64,000 nt of DNA, from positions 8,859,408 to 8,923,407 of the forward strand of contig OZ037771.1 of assembly GCA_964035545.1 (NCBI GenBank), read 5' to 3'. The stretch is from Bugula neritina (lineage: Eukaryota; Animalia; Bryozoa). This document shows positions 45,701 to 56,083 of the stretch, in pieces (position 1 is the stretch's first letter; each line of letters starts with the position of its first letter). The notes beneath the pieces are model-generated. The model was given only the letters and a program-made list of their open reading frames with translations, ran no database searches and was not told the DNA's origin. The position numbers and the translations under genes are program-made.

Positions 45701-47311
45701 TCAGCCTCTGGAAGGTGGCTGGGGCGGAGGTCAACCCGAAAGGCAGCACCTTCCACTTCCACAAACCGTCCCGTGTGATAAACGCCGCTTTCTCCTGGGC
45801 GTCGGGACTCAGAGGAACTTGCCAATAGCCGCTTAGCAAGTCTAACGTACTGAAGTACTTGCTGCCGGCTAGGGCGTCCAATGACTCGTCAATACGAGGT
45901 AGAGGGTAGGCGTCCTGTATGGTTACGCTATTGAGTTTGCGGTAATCCACACAGAACCGCCAACTGCCGTCTTTCTTCCGGACCAGTACGACTGGCGAGC
46001 TCCACGCACTATGGGCGGACTCTATCAGTCCCCGGTCCAGAAGATCCCGTACTTGTCGGTTAACCTCCTTCTCTTTCTCCGGCCCCAGCCTGCGTGTGGG
46101 CTGCCGAACAGGGACTGTCCCTGCAGTCAGCGGTATTTCGTGTCTGACAATTCCAGTCAGTCCCACGTCATGCTCTCCGCTGCTGAACACATCACCGTAG
46201 TCGCGTAGTAACTTAGCCATAACTTGGCGTTCTTTGTTACTCGCGCAGCCGCTACAGGCTGTGTCATATAACTCCCGGAGATGTGCTGGGACTGCCCCTC
46301 GCCCTTGAGTAGGGCACTGAGGGAGTGCCTCTGTCGCATCACCCAGCGACGGGCCTACGTCCTCCTCCTGAACAGAGTGAAAACGGCCCAGCATCGACCC
46401 AGCCGGAAGCTTGACAGACTCGGTAAAGGGGTTGACACACTGCACTAAGATCTCTCCTTGTTCAGTCAGCTGATTCAGACTGCTGGCAAGTTGGATCTTT
46501 TTGTGCGCGCCTTCAACTACCCCGAGTCCAGAGATCCAGCTATTGTTCACCCTGCAGTGAATGGTAGCCCGGGAGCGGCCTGGTATAGTACGGTTGCGTA
46601 CCACTTGCACACCTCCCACTAAAGGGCGGCCGAACTTGTCGACGCAGGCGAGTTCCCGCCCGGATATCATCATCGCAGATTTGCTAAAATCGATGTGACA
46701 TCCGTGCCGTTTTAGGAATGGCATCCCGAGCTGACTGACGATGAACGTCTCTTGGATCGTTTGATCACGGACTCGTCCCGTCAGCTCAATTATACCATAG
46801 AAGGGAAAGCACGACCCGTCAGCTAGGGTGCCGTACTCCCCTTCGTATGAGTCCATCTCGCCCCTGACCCTAGCACTGAGGGTGTCGAAGAGTTGGCGGC
46901 TCAAGAGGTTCGTGGTACAGCCCGAATCAATGAGGAAAGTAACAGCTTTGCCTTCCAGTTTACCGGGAAAGAAATAGCTGTTCCCATGGGGCTGCACCTG
47001 AACTCTCCCTTCAGGCCTTACTCTCGCAGGGAGTACCTCCCTCGCTTTGGGTCGCGAAGGAGGTCTCTTGGGGCGGTGGTAAGTAGGCCTCGGGGGTGCC
47101 GAGGCTAGATTCCCGGCTACCTTTGTGGGCTCCCATCCAGATTCTTGGGCTTGTAGCCCTGCGAATCTGTTGTGAAGGGGCATGGAAAAGTTAGCCACGG
47201 TTGGTTACCAGTACGCGGTACCCGTCTGGGTGACCTGCGTTTCTTCTTCCCTGGAGGTTTCATCATCGGCCCGCAGGAGGTGGGAACATCTGCAGGCCGC
47301 GGTAGTTTAAC
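42797..47311 (-). pseudogene. pol: Element C pol (PR-RT-RH-IN), frameshifted
   Basis: FLIDSGC, WRFCVDYRKLN, YLDD, DTDAS, HKQAH..CEIC, VDLVGP/HSDQG/VERNN, GPY; split over ORFs 47117-47371, 43473-47198 and 42797-43504. Confidence 0.93.
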
Positions 47312-48213
47312 CCCTGATTTAGGAAGGGACAGTATCGGCGGAAATGTCCTTGATTTCCGCATTCCCAGCAAAAACTGACTGTTTCTCCCTGTGGCGGCGC
47401 CGGTGGCCGTACGGGCTCAGTGGCGGTACCTACTGGGGTTTGGGGTGTCAGTGTTGCTATCAGTTTGACCAGCATGTCTGTCAGTTGAGTGACTTTCGAT
47501 GCCGTCGCCAGCTGGGACACGGCAGCCGCGGCGGGGGTTTCCTCCCCTTGTCCCGCGGCCGTGTCCGCGCGGTCTACCTCCACTTGACGGGAGCTCCCGC
47601 GACTTTTATGCATTTGATTAGCTAGGAGGTAAGCTTCCCCCTCAGTCGGAGCATCTTCAACGGTGGTGACTCCCCTAGCTAGAAACTGGTGGTGGAGACC
47701 CAAATCGTCGACAGATGCTATGAAAGCGTCGAGGGTATATCTCTCGCGGTTGACTGGGGGCAAGTCGCTGTACGCGATCTGTGCCAGCTTCATGACCGCG
47801 GCGGCGTGCTCCCGCAGCAGGGTGCGGGGATCACGCCGCAACCTCTGCAATCGGGCCCTGGCATCTGTAGCAGAGAGGCCGATGCGGGCCCGCAGAGAAG
47901 CAAAGATATTATCAATGTCTACGCCCAGCCCATAAGGCTTGGCTTTGTCCATCAATGCCATTCTAAGCTTCAGCAGGGCCACCCTAGGGGGCCACTGGGC
48001 GACGTCCATTACGTCGCTAAACTCTTGGATAAATTGTTCCGTCTCCTCTTCGCCCGTGAAGGTGGGCGCCTTTAACCGGTAGCGGTCTTCAGTTAGTTCT
48101 CGCGGAACCCTTCGCTCTTCTACTATATGGTTAACAGGCATTGTCTCTACAGCATTGTCTCTACGCTCACCTTCTACTGCCGGTGGTTGCGTTCCAGCAT
48201 TTTCAGTCTCCAT
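47263..48213 (-). CDS. gag: Element C Gag
   Basis: 316 aa; CWECGNQGHFRRYC. Confidence 0.92.
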   Translation of the reverse strand: METENAGTQPPAVEGERRDNAVETMPVNHIVEERRVPRELTEDRYRLKAPTFTGEEETEQFIQEFSDVMDVAQWPPRVALLKLRMALMDKAKPYGLGVDIDNIFASLRARIGLSATDARARLQRLRRDPRTLLREHAAAVMKLAQIAYSDLPPVNRERYTLDAFIASVDDLGLHHQFLARGVTTVEDAPTEGEAYLLANQMHKSRGSSRQVEVDRADTAAGQGEETPAAAAVSQLATASKVTQLTDMLVKLIATLTPQTPVGTATEPVRPPAPPQGETVSFCWECGNQGHFRRYCPFLNQGLNYRGLQMFPPPAGR

Positions 48214-48744
48214 CTTGGATGCACCATCCCACCGCTGCCACCACTGTTATGATTTTCAGATTTAGGGTTGATATGCTATCCAGAGAGTCTAATTACTTGC
48301 TATAGAACTGCACCAGGATAAGTCGAGTGAACGAGTATATATTTCCCACACAATAATACATTATAAAAATGATACAAATACATCTAACAATTTACACATC
48401 TAGTCTATTCAGCACTCTAACTTCGACTGAGTTAGCAGCGGGAAACTATAATTGCTGCTAACTATTAAACACCCTAATTGGCTATCCATTGTTCCGGGTC
48501 AATTACGCGACCCTACATGTTGTGCTGCTGGTAGCTCCACGAGCCACCACAATAGTTCTCAGCAATAGTAAATTAAAATGTTACTATTGGGCATTGATCA
48601 CGTTTTATATAGTCCGTGAAACAACTTTATAAATAACAGTCCGAGTAATACACGGTAGCTAAATCGAATGTGTAGCGCCGTGTATATCATACAAAATATC
48701 ATTTTATTATTTCGAGCTATGACTTCGCATGACACTCGACCTAC

Positions 48745-49201
48745 CTTGTAATTGACGCAAAGTAATAGTTAAGGACGAACGGGAAATCTAGTTTGATTAT
48801 CGTTTTACTCATTTCAGTTTTTATTTCAAACGTTCACATAGTGAGATTGCCCATTCGGTATCCTTTTGCTGGTCTGTAACATGGATTTTTAATGAGGGTT
48901 ACTTCGGATTTGAATATATAGTATTTACAGATACAATCAGTAAATTTCACGTTGATGTTGAAAATAAATTTGATGCTTCAACTTTAACTTAGGTTTAAAC
49001 TTAAAGTTTAAGCTTAATTTTCCTCGATCTCTGAGTCTTTTTTTCAATCTGTAAAACTAAAACTAACTTAAAGTTAAAGACTAAAGATAACTATAAGTTA
49101 TACGTGTCATATAAGTTGAAGTACTCAGTACATGCCAGTAATATATAAATATATATCTTAAACTAGACTAGCAGTAGCACTAGCTAAGCATCAACATCAA
49201 A
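48745..49201. promoter_or_regulatory. Putative bidirectional promoter / 5' UTR region of the RNF13-like and ATP1B genes
   Basis: CpG-containing unique sequence upstream of the ATP1B ATG. A minus-strand donor AAG|GTAGGT at 48745/48744 could be the missing RNF 5' UTR exon (inference). Confidence 0.4.
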
Positions 49202-49307
49202 ATGTCGGCCGCCGACAAACCCCAAAGCTCTGTATTTGAATCATTTAGTAAATTTGTTTGGAATAGCTCTGATCAATCGTTTTGTGGTCGTACAGGATTG
49301 AGCTGGT
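49202..49307 (+). CDS. ATP1B: Na+/K+-ATPase beta subunit, exon 1 (later exons not found in the window)
   Basis: MSAADKPQSSVFESFSKFVWNSSDQSFCGRTGLSW matches the family motif F..F.WN.....F.GRT..SW; aaaATG context; phase-1 donor T|gtaagt. Confidence 0.88.
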
Positions 49308-49603
49308 GTAAGTATTAGTATCACTATATTAAATTTAATATCATTAAATATAAAAATTCAAATGTTCAATAATTATAATATAAATATAACTTATAGTTAT
49401 ACTTATGGTATTATAATACTAATAGTATAACAATAACTATAATTATAAATATATGTTTTTATTTTACTCGTACTTATAGTAGAATTAAAAGTAAAGTAAA
49501 ATCATATACTTATAATTACAGTTATTGTTATACTATCAGTATTTGGTCTATTACTATTAGTATTACTATTACTATTAGTATTATTATTACTATAAGTTTA
49601 TAT

Positions 49604-52600
49604 TGTTATGTTTTTCAGATTTAGGGTTGATATGCTATCCAGAGAGTCTAATTACTTGCTATAGAACTGCACCAGGATAAGTCGAGTGAACGAGTATATA
49701 TTTTACACACAATAATACATTATAAAACGATACAATACATCTGACAATTTACACATCTAATCTATTCAGCACTCTAACTTCGACTGAGTTAGCAGCGGGA
49801 AACTATAATTGCTGCTAACTATCAAATACGCTAATTGGCTATCCATTGTTCCGGGTCAATTACGCGACCCTACATGTTGTGCTGCTGGTAGTTCCACGAA
49901 CCACCACACCGCCCCCACCAGCAGAAAGCCCTCTTTCTGATATAAAAAAAACGTTCATTGTTAACCGCATACATCAGTAGACCAAAATAATACATAACAC
50001 ACAGGAAGATACATAATAATAGACAGAGTCATTATAACAGTCCGTTACCTACAATTGACCGGCTATAGAGGAGGAATACCGGCTAGCTGTGGTATTAGAC
50101 AAGGAATAGGCCTGTCGAGCAGTCAAGCATTTACATGACATCTTGGTTTCTCCCAAGAGGGCGAAGTTGCAGATTATTCCGGGTAGCAGAACTAGAGTCC
50201 TTGTTGGGCACGCCGGTGCTTGGCTTGGCATGTACGCAGTTTCCGTTTCATCCGGCATACGGATCCTTTTAGTTGGAAGAGCCCTGTTGTAGTATTAAGT
50301 AGATCCGGTGCCAACTGGGTGAATTCTTCTTGTAATCACAGGAGGCGTTCCTCTACTGTGGCCAGGCGAACTGGGTCTGGGGACGGTGTCCGTCTGCGGC
50401 GCAAAGGGGGACTGGGGGACCTGGTTCGTCTCTTCGTCGGGGTAGGAGAGATCTCTCCTTCTTCTGGATAGGCAAACTCTTCGGGGGTGTACGTAATCTG
50501 AGGGCGGTCAGATACCAACGGGGATTGTTGTCTGGCGTTGTCTAATACACGTTGGAACCCCGATGTCAGGACGGTTAACAGCATTGCCTTCTTCACTAGG
50601 GGTCGTATAAGGGTGAGGAACTCCGGGTAGAGCTTAGCGTCGACCACGTAGTTCTCTCCAGAGAAACAGCCCGTCGCTCGATGTCTGGTGACGAGGTAGG
50701 GATAAACATCGTTGTATCCGCAGGGGCAGAATGTGAGTAGGAGATGAGCATTGACATGTAGCTTCAAGGAGCGGTGAGAGGCACATTCTTCACCACAATT
50801 CTGGCATCTCGTCCGTCCTCTGGACCCCCAGGCCGTTTCTATTTCTTCCTCTGTTTCTGGAGACACCCACCGCCAACGGCGGCGTAGTGACTCAGGCCGG
50901 TCGCCACTAGCATACTCCTCCGGATGCGGAGCGGGAAGTGCTCTATCCCGTACTCTGGTTGTAGCGGGTCGAGTGTAATCTGAAAAAGTTTCAAAAGTGT
51001 TAATACAGTGCACTGCCGTGTTGTCAGCTTGAATAGCTTGGCAACTCCTAATTCAGTTACCTCGTAGAGATTTATGGTAGCGAATAGTCAGATAGAACAC
51101 GTATTGCAATGAGATTATAAAAATCTCCAAGTCAAACTGAGTTCTTACTACGGTATTTCACTAACCTATCTCCAGCTCGATTGACTCACTGAGTCGGAGC
51201 TGAGCGATGCAATCTAGTTTCACATTAAGAAACAGACTCGGTAAAGGGGTTGACACACTGCACTAAGATCTCTCCTTGTTCAGTCAGCTGATTCAGACTG
51301 CTGGCAAGTTGGATCTTTTTGTGCGCGCCTTCAACTACCCCGAGTCCAGAGATCCGGCTATTATTCACCCTGCAGTGAATGGTAGCCCGGGAGCGGCCTG
51401 GTATGGTACGGTTGCGTACCACTTGCACACCTCCCACTAAAGGGCGGCCGAACTTGTCGACGCAGGCGAGTTCTCGCCCGGACATCATCGCAGATTTGCT
51501 AAAATCTATGTGACATCCGTGCCGTTTTAGGAATGGCATCCCGAGGATGGCGTCCTCCTTGAGCTGACTGACGATGAACGTCTCTTGGATCGTCTGATCA
51601 CGGACTCGTCCCGTCAGCTCAATTATACCATAGAAGGGAAGGCACGACCCGTCCGCTAGGGTGCCGTACTCCCCTTCGTATGACTCCATCTCGCCCCTGA
51701 CCCTAGCACTGAGGGTGTCGAAGAGTTGGCGGCTCAAGAGGTTCGTGGTACAGCCCGAATCAATGAGGAATGTAACAGCTTTGCCTTCTAGTTTACCGGG
51801 CAAGAAATAGCTGTTCCCATGGGGCTGCACCTGAAGTCTCTCTTCGGGCCTGACTCTCGCAGGGAGTACCTCCCTCGCTTTGGGTCGCGAAGGAGGTTTC
51901 TTGGGGCGGTGGTAAGTAGGCCTCGGCGGTGCCGAGGCTAGATTCCCGGCTACCTTTGTGGGCTCCCATCCAGATTCTTGGGCTTGTAGCCCTGCGAATC
52001 TGTTATGAAGGGGCATGGAAAAGGTAGCGGCGGGGCGGAGCCCCTTGCTGGTCTGTCGCGGCTGTTGCCACGGTTGGTTACTAGTACGCGGTACCCGTCT
52101 GGGTGACCTGCGTTTCTTCTTCCCTAGAGGTTTCATCGTCGGCCCGCAGGAGGTGGGAACATCTGCGGGCCGCGGTAGTTTAACCCCTGATTTAGGAAGG
52201 GACAGTACCGGCGGAAATGTCCTTGATTTCCGCACTCCCAGCAGAAACTGACTGTTTCTCCCTGTGGCGGCGCCGGTGGCCGCAAGGGCTCAGTGGCGGT
52301 ACTCACTGGGGTTTGGGGTGTCAGTGTTGCTATCAGTTTGGCCAGCATGTCTGTCAGTTGAGTGACTTTCGATGCCGTCGCCAACTGGGACACGGCAGCC
52401 GCGGCGGGGGTTTCCTCTCCCTGTCCCGCGGCCGTGTCCACGCGGTCTATCTCCACTTGACGGGAGCTCCCGCGACTTTTATGCATTTGATTAGCTAGGA
52501 GGTAAGCTTCCCCCTCAGTCAGAGCATCTTCAACGGTGGTGACTCCCCTAGCTAGAAACTGGTGGTGGAGACCCAGATCGTCGACAGATGCTATGAAAGC

Positions 52601-53423
52601 GTCGAGGGTATACCTCTCGCGGTTGACTGGGGGCAAGTCGCTGTACGCGATCTGTGCCAGCTTCATGACCGCGGCGGCGTGCTCCCGCAGCAGGGTGCGG
52701 GGATCACGCCGCAACCTCTGCAATCGGGCCCTGGCATCTGTAGCAGAGAGGCCGAAGCGGGCCCGCAGAGAAGCAAAGATATTATCAATGTCTACGTCCA
52801 GCCCATAAGGCTTGGCTTTGTCCATCAATGCCATTCTAAGCTTCAGCAAGGCCACCCTAGGGGGCCACTGGGCGACGTCCATTACGTCGCTAAACTCTTG
52901 GATAAATTGTTCCACCTCCTCTTCGCCCGTGAAGGTGGGCGCCTTTAACCGGTAGCGGTCTTCAGTTAGTTCTCGCGGAACCCTTCGCTCTTCTACTACA
53001 TGGTTAACAGGCATTGTCTCTACAGCATTGTCTCTACGCTCACCTTCTACTGCCGGTGGTTGAGTTCCAGCATTTTCAGTCTCCATCTTGGATGCACTAT
53101 CCCACTGCTGCCACCACTGTTATGTTTTTCAGATTTAGGGTTGATATGCTATCCAGAGAGTCTAATTACTTGCTATAGAACTGTACCAGGATAAGTCGAG
53201 TGAACGAGTATATATTTCACACACAATAATACATTATAAAAACGATACAATACATCTGACAATTTACACATCCAATCTATTCAGCACTCTAACTTCGACT
53301 GAGTTAGCAGCGGGAAACTATAATTGCTGCTAACTATCAAATACGCTAATTGGCTATCCATTGTTCCGGGTCAATTACGCGACCCTACATGTTGTGCTGC
53401 TGGTAGTTCCACGAACCACCACA
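49604..53423 (-). mobile_element. Element D: internally deleted copy of family C
   Basis: LTRs 49604-49908 and 53118-53423 (about 4 differences). TSD ATAT. Intact gag 52133-53086 and PR. A deletion of about 3.7 kb at about 51230 removes RT-RH-IN and exon 1 of the accessory gene. Confidence 0.95.
52133..53086 (-). CDS. gag: Element D Gag
   Basis: 317 aa, near-identical to the element C Gag. Confidence 0.92.
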   Translation of the reverse strand: METENAGTQPPAVEGERRDNAVETMPVNHVVEERRVPRELTEDRYRLKAPTFTGEEEVEQFIQEFSDVMDVAQWPPRVALLKLRMALMDKAKPYGLDVDIDNIFASLRARFGLSATDARARLQRLRRDPRTLLREHAAAVMKLAQIAYSDLPPVNRERYTLDAFIASVDDLGLHHQFLARGVTTVEDALTEGEAYLLANQMHKSRGSSRQVEIDRVDTAAGQGEETPAAAAVSQLATASKVTQLTDMLAKLIATLTPQTPVSTATEPLRPPAPPQGETVSFCWECGNQGHFRRYCPFLNQGLNYRGPQMFPPPAGRR

Positions 53424-54719
53424 ATATTACACTTTGATTATAAACTTAAAATGTATTAGTTTTTGAAATTGACTTTGATTATACCTATAACTATAAGTAT
53501 GTAAACTTGATGCTACAAAAATCTGTTTGATCCATAAGTTTCTAGCAACTAACTAGGTATGTTGACTTTGATGTAACACTGTAAACTATAACTTAGACTG
53601 TTACTAACAGTCTAAGTTATAGTTTACTTCTTTTTAAATATTTGTTACAGGCATATTTGTATGCTTTCGCTTGCCGATCATCATGCATGCTGTATGTAAT
53701 GCAACTTTTCCAGAAGTTATATTAAATATTTTAGTGCTGTGAAGTTCTAACTGTATCGAGGGTTTTAGGGTTAAAATCAATAGAATATAGAAACGGCATG
53801 ACCAGCATGGAGACGGCATGACTGGGTGTTGTCATTCCTGGCCGTAAACTATTGCATTATGTTTAGCAGGAGACACTGGGGGTTATATTTCCGCTGGCCA
53901 TTACGCTACCCAATGTGTGTTCTATGTGTTTCAAAAATCTCAATGTCAATGAAAAAGAAAAACAGATAGGAGATTGTAATTTATGCAAATAATAAACTAA
54001 AATATAAACACATATTACGACAGGATGTCAGGATTTATGTATAATCAACACTACTGTGCACACCTATATATTGTAGTAATTTGTGCAATTACTGAGCGTG
54101 AGTTATTTACTTGCGTATAGTTAGCTGGTTATTCTGCTATCAATTACTAGGGTAGCTGTCGAGTAATTATATTTATTATCCACAATAAAGCATAAAACAA
54201 ACATCACATCAAATTATCCTATACAAGAGTCAACTACTAACACATGTTACTACTACAAGCCTCCGCTTACAACAACGTGATATAATGTTAATAACCCGGG
54301 AAGTGTCACGTGAATCGGAAGCATATCTTCCGGAGCTGCTAATTGGTTGCTACATAAGAGTCTAAGTATTCCAAGAGTAGGGAGAGGGCGATTCCTGTAT
54401 TTGTACTTTGCACTACTCACTACACTGTCCCCCCCAGCAGAAAGCCCTACTTTCTGATAACACAATAAAAAAAAACACATAATGAAAAACTATACAATAA
54501 TCCAAAAAGAAAAACATACATAAGTAAACCCACAAAGAGTAAGAAAAGGAACAGTTGAGCACGACAAAATTTACATTGGAAGACAACAGGGTGATCGATC
54601 ACACACATCTAGTCAGCTATTAAGAGAGAGGGTGCTTACCAGCACACGGGCCAATGTCGGGGCGCTCGTCACATTCCAAACGAGTTACAGCTCAACGAAG
54701 GTGCCTACCCCAGGCATTC

Positions 54720-55776
54720 TCATTGGTTGGACTCTGATTCTTGTAGCGACCGTGCTCTGTGTCGAGCCTGTCGGGCCCGTAGCCGCCTCTTCAGTCGCCC
54801 CACTGAGTCCTTCAACTGGTATAGACCTGTCGTCGTATCCAGCAGGTCAGGGGCAAGTTGTGTGAACTCGGCTTGTAGTCTTATAAGCCGCTCTTCTACG
54901 TTAGCCAGCTGGCTAGGCCTTGGTGGGGTTGTAGTGGTCTCCGTTAGAGGGGATATTGTTGTTTCTTCTGCTTCTGGGGTGTTGCTAGGGTTGACGGGGG
55001 TAGGAGGTGGGCCCTGAACCATAGGGGACTTATGGCGGGCGGATAGTAGCAGTACGTGAAACCCTGACGTTAGTGCGGCCAGGGTGATAGCCTTCCTGAT
55101 GACTGGCTTGATGGCATCCAGGTATAGGGGGAAACTGTCTTCATCAACAGTGTGGTTCTCTCCGGCGAAGCAGCTTAGCTTATGTACTGTCACGGGATAC
55201 GGGTAGACGTCGTGGAACCCGCAGGGACAGAAGTGGAGTAGGAAATGGGCGTCTACATGTAAACGCAGGGAGCGGTGTGACGGGCACTCCTCAAAGCAGA
55301 CCTGGCAGGTTCGGTGTGGTCCACTGGGTCCCCAGGCTTCTTCAATTCTCCTCTCTGTCGTGGGTGACACCCAACGGTGTCGTCGGCGGAGCACTACGGG
55401 TATGCCATTCTCCATTACAGGTTCTTCTTCCATAGACAGAGAGGTTGGCTGGTCTCGTGACCGGGAGGTGGTCACTCGAGTGTGATCTGAAAGAGTAGCA
55501 GTGTTGAAGATTATACACTGAGGCACCGTCGGCGTGTACAGCCTGACCGGTACTCTGTTCAGTTACACTCGTGAGATTCAGGCTAATGAATAGTTGATGG
55601 AGAACACACTCGCTATGACAGATTATTTAAAATCAAAGTCGACGTGTATTCCCACCACTGTTTATCATTATCGAATCTCCAGCTCGCTAGCTAGTGTAGC
55701 TAAGCTGACTGATGCAGTCTAGTTATCGTACCAAAAACATAATTAACTCACCCTTCGATCCAGAATAGTAAGACAT
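54720..55776 (-). CDS. Element E spliced accessory ZnF/coiled-coil gene, 263 aa, intact
   Basis: Exon 1 55776-55752, intron 55751-55487, exon 2 55486-54720. Confidence 0.8.
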
Positions 55777-56083
55777 TTTGGAATGAGAGTGGTAAGTGAT
55801 TACTGTTTACTGGCACGTCTACTCTCGACTGCATCAACATGGGAAAAGACCGGACAGCGTGGTTGTGAAACGTGACTAGGGCTTTTCACTTCCAGCGGAT
55901 GAATCTCGTGTGAGATTCCGCCGAGGCAAAAGTTGAGATTTTCGTGGTGATCACAACGCCCACGGCTCTTTGCCTGTTTTCCCATGCGAGGCCTCTCTAG
56001 ACTTTCGTTACTGCCGCTTATACCGCGGTCACGTACACAGTCTCTGAGACACCCTGGAAGTTGCCTAGTGTGTGGTCCTGGTC

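Larger units (their letters stand above)
41107..48551 (-). mobile_element. Element C: full-length Gypsy with a complete pol domain set but disabling lesions; probably chimeric
   Basis: LTRs 41107-41411 and 48245-48551. Flanks ATAT/ATAG. tRNA-Leu PBS at 48226-48243. 40-bp deletion near 47195, 18-bp deletion in PR, frameshift near 43500. Confidence 0.95.

Noticed and set aside
43473-47198. Element C as the active autonomous helper
   Set aside because: A 40-bp deletion disconnects pol from the frameshift site, PR lacks KEDAIL, and the IN C-terminus is frameshifted.
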